This document shows positions 7,227-15,106 of a stretch of 24,000 bases of DNA, in pieces; the stretch's first letter is position 1; every line of letters begins with the position of its first letter. Source of the stretch: Acidobacteriota bacterium (lineage in GTDB: Bacteria > Acidobacteriota > Vicinamibacteria > Vicinamibacterales > UBA2999); assembly GCA_032156805.1 (NCBI GenBank), contig JALDXQ010000044.1, positions 13,546 to 37,545 on the forward strand. Direction: 5' to 3'. The notes beneath the pieces are model-generated. The model did not search any database and was not told the DNA's origin. It was given only the letters and a program-made list of their open reading frames with translations. The position numbers and the translations under genes are program-made.

Positions 7227-8864
7227 ATGACGAACAAGACGAACTCAATTGTGCTGGCGGCGGCGGTCGCGCTGGTTTCGATTGCGCCGGCGCACGCGCA
7301 GGTGACGGCCGACGCGCCGACCATTCGGCCCGACGCCATCGTGAACCTCGCGACCGACGAAGGCGCAGCGCTTGTGCGCGGGCAGTGGCGCTACAGCGAC
7401 GCCCGGATCGTCGAGGTCGATCACCGGAGTCCCGGCGCGGATCTGCGTGCCTCGGGTCCTCCCAACCGCACCCACGACATCGTCCCGCACGCGGGTGGCG
7501 CGTCGTTCGACGACTCATCGTGGCAGGCGATCGAGCCGGCCGGCCTCGAGACGAGACGTTCGAGCGGGCGCTTGTCGTTCGGGTGGTACCGCATCGCGGT
7601 CACCATTCCGGAGAGGGTGGGAAGGCTCGAGACGACCGGTTCCACGGTCGTGTTCGAGATCGTCGTGGACGACTACGCCGAGGTCTGGGTCGACGGTCAG
7701 CTCCCGATCGCGCTCGGACAGGCGGGCGCACAGTTGATCAAGGGCTTCAACGCGCCCAACCGCGTGGTGATCACTCGCGATGCCGTGCCGGGACAGCGGA
7801 TCCAGCTCGCGGTGTTTGGCGCCAATGGACCGTTGTCGAGCCCGCCCGGCAACTTCGTCTGGGTACGGTCTGCCACGCTGGACTTCTACAAGAAGGGCCG
7901 GCTTGGAACGAAGAGCGAGGTGAAGGCGGAGGTCACACGAGTCGATCCGCGTCTCGACGCCATCGTCCCGACAGATCTGACGATCGACAAACTGGCCGAC
8001 GGCTTCCTGTTCACCGAAGGCCCCGTCTGGGTGCCTGAGGGTTACCTGCTCTTCAGCGATCCAAACGCGAACACCATCTACCGCTGGTCGCCCGACGGCC
8101 AAGTCTCCGTCTTCCGAAGCAAGAGCGGCTACAGTGGCGTTGACGTCGGCGACTACGGGCAGCCAGGATCCAACGGCATCACGCTCGATGCAGACGGGCG
8201 AGTCACCATCAACGAACACGGCAATCGTCGTGTGGTGCGTCTCGAGAAGAACGGCGCCGTCACCGTCCTCGCCGATCGTTTCGAGGGCAAGCGGCTCAAC
8301 AGCCCCAACGACCTCGTGTATCGATCCGACGGAACGATCTTCTTCACCGATCCGCCATTCGGGCTTCCGAAGGCGTTCGAGGATCGCCGCAAGGAGCTGT
8401 CCTTCAGCGGAGTCTTTTCGTTGAAGGACGGAAAGCTTCGGCCTGCGGCTACCGATCTGACCGGGCCGAACGGCCTCGCGTTCTCACCGGACGAGCGCTA
8501 TCTGTACGTGGCGAACTGGGACGAGAGGAAGAAGGTCGTGATGCGCTATCGCGCACACGCCGACGGCTCGCTTTCCGACGGTGAGGTGTTCTTCGACATG
8601 ACACAGGCGCCCGGCGAGGACGCCCTCGACGGCATCAAGGTGGACGTGCGCGGAAACGTCTATGTCTCCGGACCAGGTGGGCTGTGGATTCTCTCGCCTG
8701 ATGGTGCGCACCTGGGAACCATCATTGGTCCTGAGCACCCGCACAACCTCGCGTGGGGCGATGCCGACGGGCGCACGCTGTTTCTGACGGCGCAGACCGG
8801 GCTGTATCGCGTGCGGTTGAAGATCCCTGGGATCAGGCCGGGCCCGGGCGGCACACGAGATTGA
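7227..8864 (+). CDS. Secreted SMP-30/gluconolactonase/LRE-family beta-propeller protein with N-terminal jelly-roll (galactose-binding-like) domain
   Basis: RBS GAGGAGG lies upstream of the ATG at 7227. Signal peptide ...VSIAPAHAQV. The N-terminal ~230 aa include SWQAIEP...FGWYRIAVTIP...VVFEIVVDDYAEVWVDGQL, a sugar-binding jelly-roll style pattern. The C-terminal half has SGL motifs (LADGFLFTEGPVWVPEGYLLFSD; LNSPNDLVYRSDGTIFFTDPPFG; PNGLAFSPDERYLYV; DGIKVDVRGNVYV). Confidence 0.75.
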   Translation: MTNKTNSIVLAAAVALVSIAPAHAQVTADAPTIRPDAIVNLATDEGAALVRGQWRYSDARIVEVDHRSPGADLRASGPPNRTHDIVPHAGGASFDDSSWQAIEPAGLETRRSSGRLSFGWYRIAVTIPERVGRLETTGSTVVFEIVVDDYAEVWVDGQLPIALGQAGAQLIKGFNAPNRVVITRDAVPGQRIQLAVFGANGPLSSPPGNFVWVRSATLDFYKKGRLGTKSEVKAEVTRVDPRLDAIVPTDLTIDKLADGFLFTEGPVWVPEGYLLFSDPNANTIYRWSPDGQVSVFRSKSGYSGVDVGDYGQPGSNGITLDADGRVTINEHGNRRVVRLEKNGAVTVLADRFEGKRLNSPNDLVYRSDGTIFFTDPPFGLPKAFEDRRKELSFSGVFSLKDGKLRPAATDLTGPNGLAFSPDERYLYVANWDERKKVVMRYRAHADGSLSDGEVFFDMTQAPGEDALDGIKVDVRGNVYVSGPGGLWILSPDGAHLGTIIGPEHPHNLAWGDADGRTLFLTAQTGLYRVRLKIPGIRPGPGGTRD

Positions 8865-8879
8865 TCGTACTGATGGCCG

Positions 8880-8902
8880 AGGGCGGGTTCAATACCCGCC
8901 CT
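8880..8902 (+). terminator. GC-rich stem-loop after the lactonase gene (possible terminator, no U-tract)
   Basis: AGGGCGGGT-TCAAT-ACCCGCCCT forms a perfect 9-bp stem with a 5-nt loop, 16 nt after the stop at 8864. It is followed by GGCTTACAC rather than a T-run. Confidence 0.35.
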
Positions 8903-8918
8903 GGCTTACACTGGGAGT

Positions 8919-9659
8919 TTGACCCAGCTTCCTCGCGCAGTTCTTCTCGATCTCGACGACACGATCCTGGACGATAGCGGCAGCATCTCCGCCTGCTGGC
9001 TGGAGGCCTGCCGCGCGCATGAATCCGAGATGGGCGCGGTGCAGCACACCGCTGTCTACGACGCCATCGAGCGTGTGCGCGAGTGGTACTGGGCCGACCC
9101 GGAGCGTCACCGTGCCGGACGCCTCGACCTGGTCGCTGCCCGCCGCGAGGTCGTGGAGATCGCACTGCGAGAACTGGGTGTCGATGATCAGAAGCTGGCC
9201 GGGAAGATTGGCGACCTGTATCACGGACTGCGAGACACGGGCATGCGGCCAGTGGCGAACGCCGTGGAAACCGTTCGGTGGCTGCGTGGAAGGGGCTGCC
9301 GCCTGGCCCTGCTGACCAACGGCGCTGCTCACATGCAGCGGGCGAAGATCGACCGATTCACGCTCGACGCGCTGTTCGACGCGATTCTCATCGAGGGAGA
9401 ATTGGGATTCGGCAAGCCGGATCCGCGTGTCTACCAGCGCGCACTCGCCCTGCTGGATGTTGCGCCGTCACAGACATGGATGGTGGGCGACAACCTGGAA
9501 TGGGACGTTGCCGAACCGCAGCGCCAGGGCATCTACGGCATCTGGATTGACGTGCGCGGCACCGGATTGCCGCGGGATTATCCGGTGCGGCCGAATCGAA
9601 TCATCCGTACGCTCTCCGAACTGCGGGAGCCCTTCACTCCTGGAGCAGGTGATGATTGA
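8919..9659 (+). CDS. HAD-superfamily hydrolase (subfamily IA-like)
   Basis: TTG start. Motif I is AVLLDLDDTILD. Motif II/III region is LALLTNGAAHMQ ... GFGKPDPRVYQRAL ... WMVGDNLEWDV. Confidence 0.8.
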   Translation: MTQLPRAVLLDLDDTILDDSGSISACWLEACRAHESEMGAVQHTAVYDAIERVREWYWADPERHRAGRLDLVAARREVVEIALRELGVDDQKLAGKIGDLYHGLRDTGMRPVANAVETVRWLRGRGCRLALLTNGAAHMQRAKIDRFTLDALFDAILIEGELGFGKPDPRVYQRALALLDVAPSQTWMVGDNLEWDVAEPQRQGIYGIWIDVRGTGLPRDYPVRPNRIIRTLSELREPFTPGAGDD

Positions 9660-10173
9660 GTCATCGACGTCTCTCACGTCGCAGATGCGCGAGCTCACCC
9701 GCCACATGGCCTGGGCCGACGCGATGGTATGGAACGCGGTTGTGGCTGCGCCGCAGGCAGGGAGCGACGCGAAGATCGCTGACACCTGGCATCACATTCA
9801 CCAGGTGCAACATCTCTTTCTCCAGGCGTGGCGGCGAGAGACGTTCGTGGTGCGGGAACGCGGCGAATTTCCGACGCTCGACGACATCGCACACTGGGGG
9901 CTTCAGGCTCGGCGCGGCGTGCTGGAGTTCGTCGACGCCGTGACTGCCGACGAACTGGCCCAGGAGCTTCGCATGCCCTGGGCGGCGTACTTCGAGGAGC
10001 ACGCGAAGCAGCCAGCTGGTGCCCATTCTCTCGGCGAATCCGTGCTGCAGGTCGTGCTGCACACGCAGCATCATCGCGGCCAGTTGTGTTCCCGGCTGCG
10101 CGAGGTCGGCGTGATCCCGCCGACCGTCGACTTCATCGTGTGGCTCTGGTCCGGCAGACCCGCTAGCCTGTAA
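9652..10173 (+). CDS. DinB-family protein (four-helix-bundle metalloenzyme fold)
   Basis: Track ORF 9427..10173 overlaps the HAD gene in another frame. The plausible start is the ATG at 9652 (or the GTG at 9649), overlapping the HAD stop. The sequence has MAWADAMVWNAV ... WHHIHQVQHLFLQAW ... VLHTQHHRGQL, with the His triad pattern of DinB proteins. Confidence 0.8.
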   Translation: MIESSTSLTSQMRELTRHMAWADAMVWNAVVAAPQAGSDAKIADTWHHIHQVQHLFLQAWRRETFVVRERGEFPTLDDIAHWGLQARRGVLEFVDAVTADELAQELRMPWAAYFEEHAKQPAGAHSLGESVLQVVLHTQHHRGQLCSRLREVGVIPPTVDFIVWLWSGRPASL

Positions 10174-10909
10174 CGCTCGTCACCATCGCCTGCTGCGCGC
10201 CGCAATTCGGGCACGAGTGGGCGGCCAGGATGGTTGCGCCTTCAACCGGCGGCACCGATGCCACCTCTTTGTCCGCATGGTGCGTCATCTCGGCCCCGCA
10301 CACCGGACACGTGACGGCAGGCGGTCGCCCGGCAAGCTCGTCATCCACGGTCACCTGCTCCCGCCCGTGACGAAGCACCTTGGCCATCCACACGAGTTCC
10401 TTGATGAACCGCTCCGAGCGCCGGATCACGGCCTCGTCGAGTAGACGCCCGTCTTCGGAGAACACCGAAGCGACCAATCCGATGTTGACGTCCCAGAAGA
10501 TCGTGGACAGACCGATCTCGCGCAGGACTGGCAGCAGATTCTGGATGACCCGCGCACCGGCAAACGGTCCAGCCGAGACGCCGACGATGCCAACAGCTTT
10601 GTGGATGTATTCACTGAGGCAACTGTCGAGCACATGCTTCAGCAGCCCGGGAAAGCTGTGGTTGTATTCGGGTGACACGATGACGAGGCCATCGGCTGCG
10701 GTCATGGCACGCGCGAAGGCCGGATCTTTGATGGCCTCGCCGGCGTCATCGACCGGCATCGGTATCGTGCTGATGTCGATCACCTGGCTCACGACGCCGG
10801 CGCGGAGATTGAGCAGCTCGGCAAACAGGCGCGCTGCGTGTTCGCTGGCGCGTCCCTTGCGCGCGGTGCCGAGTATGACCGGGATGTTGAGTGGGCGTGC
10901 CTCGTTCAC
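10163..10909 (-). CDS. NADPH-dependent FMN reductase-family flavoprotein with C-terminal CxxC...CxxC zinc-ribbon-like tail
   Basis: FMN_red blocks are present (IPVILGTARKGRASEH; LVIVSPEYNHSFPGLLKHVLD; VGIVGVSAGPFAG). The tail reads VTCPVCGAEMTHH...HSCPNCGAQQ. The track start is 10954. I prefer the GTG at 10909 because GGGAG lies 7 nt upstream (minus strand ...GGGAGATACGTC GTG AAC GAG). Confidence 0.75.
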   Translation of the reverse strand: MNEARPLNIPVILGTARKGRASEHAARLFAELLNLRAGVVSQVIDISTIPMPVDDAGEAIKDPAFARAMTAADGLVIVSPEYNHSFPGLLKHVLDSCLSEYIHKAVGIVGVSAGPFAGARVIQNLLPVLREIGLSTIFWDVNIGLVASVFSEDGRLLDEAVIRRSERFIKELVWMAKVLRHGREQVTVDDELAGRPPAVTCPVCGAEMTHHADKEVASVPPVEGATILAAHSCPNCGAQQAMVTSVTG

Positions 10910-10972
10910 GACGTATCTCCCTGTTGTGATGCTCAGACGATATCGCGGTTTCACGTGGTGCGACGTTGCGCA

Positions 10973-10988
10973 CCGATGCGCGCATCGG
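10973..10988. promoter_or_regulatory. Perfect 16-bp palindrome CCGATGCGCGCATCGG in a divergent intergenic region (candidate operator)
   Basis: Read directly from the sequence. It lies between the FMN-reductase start (10909/10954, minus) and the cupredoxin-like gene start (11045, plus). A second dyad, GGTGCG-N6-CGCACC, sits just upstream at 10957-10974. Confidence 0.25.
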
Positions 10989-11044
10989 CGCTGGTACTGA
11001 CGCCGCGTTTAAGGGTCGCGAAGCACCTCCCGATATTGATCGCG

Positions 11045-11740
11045 ATGGACACCCTTCGTCTGTCGGCGGGCGTGGTCTTCGCGCTGGCGGTTCTGTGCAG
11101 TTCCGGGCGACCGAGTGCGGCACCGGAACCGGCAGCGGGAACCGTGACCGGCCGCGTACACGTCGTGGCTCACCCGGCCCGGCGGCTGGCGACCGCAGGT
11201 GCGTATCCCGGACGCGTCGTTGGCGCCGCCAGCGAGCGAGAGACCTCGGAACTCGACAACGTCATCGTTTATATCAGCACGCCGATGTCGGTTGGCTCGG
11301 CACCGCAACGCGTGGCCATCCGGCAGACGAACGAAGAGTTCGTACCGCATGTCGTCCCGGTGATCGTGGGATCGACGGTCGAGTTTCCCAACGACGACCT
11401 GATCTTTCACAACGTGTTTTCGCTCTCCCGTGCCGCGACGTTCGACCTCGGGCGCTATCCACGTAGCGTCTCGAAGGCACGTACCTTCACCAAGCCGGGC
11501 GTCGTGAAGGTGTTCTGTCACCTGCATTCGCACATGAGCGCGATTGTCCGGGTCTTCGCGCATCCGTACTTCACCGTTCCCGATCGCACTGGCCGCTTCA
11601 CCATCACAGGTGTCCCGGCGGGCCGGCTGGAGGTCACCGCGTGGCACGAGCGCGCCGGCGAAGTCACTCACGCGGCAACGATCGAACACGGCGCCACCAC
11701 AGAACTGAACTTCTCGCTCCCACTGACCGACGCGGAATGA
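11045..11740 (+). CDS. Periplasmic cupredoxin-like protein flanked by carboxypeptidase-regulatory-like beta-sandwich segments
   Basis: The track ORF starts at 10838, but the ATG at 11045 gives a signal peptide (MDTLRLSAGVVFALAVLCSSGRPSAA). The core reads VIVGSTVEFPNDDLIFHNVFS ... GVVKVFCHLHSHMSAIV, that is His ... Cys-x2-His-x2-Met, the amicyanin-type spacing of type-1 copper ligands. GTVTGRV and GRFTITGVPAGRLEVTAW are CarboxypepD_reg-like strands. Confidence 0.7.
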   Translation: MDTLRLSAGVVFALAVLCSSGRPSAAPEPAAGTVTGRVHVVAHPARRLATAGAYPGRVVGAASERETSELDNVIVYISTPMSVGSAPQRVAIRQTNEEFVPHVVPVIVGSTVEFPNDDLIFHNVFSLSRAATFDLGRYPRSVSKARTFTKPGVVKVFCHLHSHMSAIVRVFAHPYFTVPDRTGRFTITGVPAGRLEVTAWHERAGEVTHAATIEHGATTELNFSLPLTDAE

Positions 11741-13491
11741 CCGCTCCCGTGAAACGCTCACCGCGGCTGCTCGTCAAGGTTCTCTGCTTCGCGCTGAGTG
11801 TGATCGGAACGGTGATCGTCGCTGTCTTCTTCCTCTTTTCATGGCAGACCAATGCCCGGGTCACGCGCAGCGTGGTCGACAACCTGGAGGCGAGTCAGCT
11901 TCGTTTTGCTGGCGTCGAAGCCAGGCGGCGGCGTGAGCAGACCCTGCAGGCGATCGCACTTGCTGAGAACCCGACGCTGAAGGCGGCAGTCGATACCTAT
12001 TACGCCGAGCGCGGCAACGACCAGCAGCTCGACCCGCTGCGTTCGACGATCGAGACCGAGTTGGCGAAGCTGCAGCAGCTCATGGCCGTACCTGCGCTCT
12101 CGGTGACCGACGTCCGCGGCACCGTGCTGGCAAGCGCCGGGCCCCACAAGAGCGACTGGCCGGCGGGAGCGCGTGTGAGCCTGCGCGTGACTGACGATGG
12201 CACGCCCGTGGAGACCGTAGTCAACCGCAACGGTCACCCGTACGTCGCCACGGCCGTGCCGATGGTGCTTGGGCGCGACGTCATCGGTGAATTCTTTCTC
12301 GCCTCGCCGCTCGACGATGGGTATGCGGAGAGCCTTGCGGGAGAGGCACGCGCAGACATTGCCATTCTTCTCGACGGGCGAGTCATCGCCACGTCCACTC
12401 CCGAGCCGCTTCGTCGCGCGCTCGAGGAAGTGGCGCTGCCCTCGAGCGGCACCGTGATCCTCGCCGGCGACGAGTACGTCGTCCAGCGACTGTCGTCGGT
12501 GGACTCGGTCAGCCTGTACGCGCTCGGATCGGTGACGAGCGCCACGAGAGTGGCCGCGGCAGAAACGGGTCGTGTGTTGCTGCTCGCAGGCATGGGCGCG
12601 TTGCTGATCGCATTTGGCGGAAGCTGGTGGCTGGCGAGGACCGTTGCCCGACCGATCGACCGGCTATCGAACTCGCTCGCGCAGATGGCCAAAGCGCGTG
12701 ACTTCGATCAGCCGCTCCCGCGAATGGGCGGAAGCCGTGAGCTGGACACGCTCACCGCCACCTTCAACGAACTACGGACCGCGGTCTCGCTGGCCGAAGC
12801 AGAGTCAGAAGCGGCGTACCTCGGCGTCATTGGCGCACTCGCGACCGCGCTCGACGCGCGCGATCCCTATACCGCGGGTCACTCACAGCGCGTCGCCGAC
12901 CTCTCCGTCGCGATCGGCCGGCAGATGCAACTGTCCGATGCAGACCTGGAGACATTGCGTCTGGGTGCGCTGTTGCACGACATCGGCAAGATCGGTGTCA
13001 GCGACGCTGTCCTCGGAAAGCCGACCAAGCTCACGCCAGAGGAGTTCGAACAGATCAAGCTGCATCCGACGCTTGGCGCCAGGATCCTCAAGCCGCTGCG
13101 GTTCCTCGATGCGCAACTGGCAATCGTGGAGCTACACCACGAGCGTCCGGACGGCCGCGGCTACCCGCACGGATTGAAGGGCGACGAGATCCCGATGTTT
13201 GCGCGCATCGTGCACGTGGCTGATGCGTTCGACGCCATGACGAGCGCACGCGCGTACCGCTCCGCCATGCCGGTGTCCACGGCGGTCGGCGAGTTGTGGC
13301 GGTGCATTGGTGTCGACTTCGACGCGAAGGTCGTGCAGGCAATGGCAGCATTGCCGGTTGCGCTGGCGGTGACACCGGACAGCAGCGAGACACCAGTGAA
13401 CAAGCCCTCGAGTCGTTGCCTCGTCCAGTTTCCAGGCCGGCCCGCCGCCGCAGCTGGCCCGCATGCATTCCCGTTGCGGAGGGCTGAATGA
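11737..13491 (+). CDS. Membrane sensor with periplasmic domain, HAMP and HD-GYP domain (c-di-GMP phosphodiesterase family)
   Basis: The ATG at 11737 overlaps the upstream stop as ATGA. TM1 is LLVKVLCFALSVIGTVIVAVFFLF, followed by a ~270-aa extracytoplasmic region. TM2 is VLLLAGMGALLIAFGGSWWLA, followed by HAMP (RPIDRLSNSLAQMAKARDFDQPL). The HD-GYP core reads GHSQRVADLSVAIG ... LGALLHDIGKIGV ... HHERPDGRGYPHGLKGDEIP. Confidence 0.85.
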   Translation: MTAPVKRSPRLLVKVLCFALSVIGTVIVAVFFLFSWQTNARVTRSVVDNLEASQLRFAGVEARRRREQTLQAIALAENPTLKAAVDTYYAERGNDQQLDPLRSTIETELAKLQQLMAVPALSVTDVRGTVLASAGPHKSDWPAGARVSLRVTDDGTPVETVVNRNGHPYVATAVPMVLGRDVIGEFFLASPLDDGYAESLAGEARADIAILLDGRVIATSTPEPLRRALEEVALPSSGTVILAGDEYVVQRLSSVDSVSLYALGSVTSATRVAAAETGRVLLLAGMGALLIAFGGSWWLARTVARPIDRLSNSLAQMAKARDFDQPLPRMGGSRELDTLTATFNELRTAVSLAEAESEAAYLGVIGALATALDARDPYTAGHSQRVADLSVAIGRQMQLSDADLETLRLGALLHDIGKIGVSDAVLGKPTKLTPEEFEQIKLHPTLGARILKPLRFLDAQLAIVELHHERPDGRGYPHGLKGDEIPMFARIVHVADAFDAMTSARAYRSAMPVSTAVGELWRCIGVDFDAKVVQAMAALPVALAVTPDSSETPVNKPSSRCLVQFPGRPAAAAGPHAFPLRRAE

Positions 13492-14537
13492 GCGGACGTG
13501 CGCTCACCGCCGCGTTCGCACTGACGTTCGCGCTGACCGGTCCGGCGGCGGCGCAGAACAGCGGTGGCACGCGCGAGGTCGCTTTCGACACGGTCGTCGG
13601 GGTGCAGGATTACTTCGACGACTCCGGCGCGTGGAAGACGCAACTCATCGTCGACCCATTCGGGACGGTCGAGGTCGCGCCGCGCCTGCAGGTGTCAGTG
13701 CGTCCGCTCATCTGGCGCGTGATGATGGGTAACTGGGAGAGTTACGTGGCCCAGGCGTCCATCCGCTATCAAATCGAAAAAGGCAATCAGTGGCGCGTCG
13801 AGGTCGGGAAGTTCACCTCACCGATCGGCCTGGGGATGACCGAGAACCGCGCCAACGTGAACGACAGCATTATCTGGTGGCACCGTGGTTACTACAGCTA
13901 CCTCCCACCGATCGGCGGTGGAGCGGCGCCGCACGCCCTGATTTCATCGATCTACCCGATAGGCGTGCAGGTCAACACATCGGCGAAGCACTGGGACGCG
14001 CGAGCGGCCTTCATCGATCGGGCGCCGGCGGATTTCTTTCACGTCGACAATCCACCGTTTCGCCCCAACGGGGTGGTGGGCGGAGGCATCACGCCGCGGC
14101 AGGGCATGCGCGTCGGTGCTGCGGCCGCGTGGGGACGATCGGGTGACGCGAACGTGAGCGATCCCTACACGCTGGTCAACGTCGAAGGCGAGTACGCGTT
14201 TGGCCATACGAAGATCAGCGGCGAGTGGACGCACGACTGGTTCGATACGCCGACAGGAGAGCGCGAGGCCCGGGGCGCGACGCTGCAGGTGAAGCAGACG
14301 TTGACGCCTCGAATCTACGTCCATACCCGCACCACTGCCATCACCTCGCCGGTCACGATCGCCGCGACCGGAGAGGTGCCAGACCGGACCTCGTGGTACG
14401 CGGACACGACTGCCGGCTACCTCGTCAACGCCGATACAACCGTGCGGCTGGCGCATGCAGCGATCAGGCGCTGGAACGCGGCGAGCGTCGATCATCAGAT
14501 CGGCCTGTCGATCGTCTGGGCGAAGCGCTGGTGGTAG
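13488..14537 (+). CDS. Outer-membrane beta-barrel protein (porin-like), family unknown
   Basis: The ATG overlaps the HD-GYP stop as ATGA. Signal peptide MSGRALTAAFALTFALTGPAAAQN. The sequence has alternating hydrophobic/polar strands with many aromatic girdle residues and ends in an aromatic C-terminus (...IVWAKRWW). Confidence 0.6.
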   Translation: MSGRALTAAFALTFALTGPAAAQNSGGTREVAFDTVVGVQDYFDDSGAWKTQLIVDPFGTVEVAPRLQVSVRPLIWRVMMGNWESYVAQASIRYQIEKGNQWRVEVGKFTSPIGLGMTENRANVNDSIIWWHRGYYSYLPPIGGGAAPHALISSIYPIGVQVNTSAKHWDARAAFIDRAPADFFHVDNPPFRPNGVVGGGITPRQGMRVGAAAAWGRSGDANVSDPYTLVNVEGEYAFGHTKISGEWTHDWFDTPTGEREARGATLQVKQTLTPRIYVHTRTTAITSPVTIAATGEVPDRTSWYADTTAGYLVNADTTVRLAHAAIRRWNAASVDHQIGLSIVWAKRWW

Positions 14538-15106
14538 CACCCGGCGATACGGGTTACCACCTTCCCGGTCAGTCGAATCGCTCCCAACACCAGCATGACC
14601 GTCAGCAATGAACCCAGGAGTCCAAACCTGAGATCACGCAGCAAGTGATTGACGAGGGTTTCGCCGAAATACACCGTCGCACCAACCAGCAGGGGCGTCC
14701 ACACAATTACGGCGACGAGTGACCACGCCGCAAACGCCACCGGCCGTCGTCCCCAGACTCCCAGGGCGACATACATCGGCAAGCGGGCTCCCGGCAGGAA
14801 GCGGCTGACCATGATCGCCAGGCCCAGGTGATCGTCCATTCGAGAGTCCCACCTGACCGGGCCGTTCGTTTCTGCTTTTCGCCGCAGTCGTGCATGCAGC
14901 CATGAGGCGGCGAGGTTCTGACGGCCGATCAGGCGTCCCATCCACCACAGTCCCAGATCTCCGAGGTAGACGCCGGTCACACAGGCCGCGATGGCGTGAA
15001 TTACCGGGAGATGCTGGTCGCGAATCAGCAAGCCTGCGGCGATGGAGGCGAGGTCCTCGGATATCAGCGTCGACAGCGCGAGCGTGGCCAGGGTGACGAT
15101 CTCCAT
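14495..15106 (-). CDS. DedA/VTT (SNARE-associated) family membrane protein
   Basis: MEIVTLATLALSTLISEDLASIAAGLL ... AIMVSRFLPGARLPMYVALGVWG, with multiple TM helices. Its start overlaps the NRDE stop as TAATG (15104-15108). Its 3' end overlaps the convergent OMP gene by 43 nt. Confidence 0.8.
   Translation of the reverse strand: MEIVTLATLALSTLISEDLASIAAGLLIRDQHLPVIHAIAACVTGVYLGDLGLWWMGRLIGRQNLAASWLHARLRRKAETNGPVRWDSRMDDHLGLAIMVSRFLPGARLPMYVALGVWGRRPVAFAAWSLVAVIVWTPLLVGATVYFGETLVNHLLRDLRFGLLGSLLTVMLVLGAIRLTGKVVTRIAGCYHQRFAQTIDRPI

Noticed and set aside
6257-7339. 360-aa minus-strand ORF spanning the whole GlcG-cupin gene.
   Set aside because: It is antisense to a gene with clear domain signatures and a signal peptide. 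Its sequence is Arg/Ala/Gly/Pro-rich with no recognisable motifs. Long antisense ORFs are expected in high-GC DNA because stop codons are rare.
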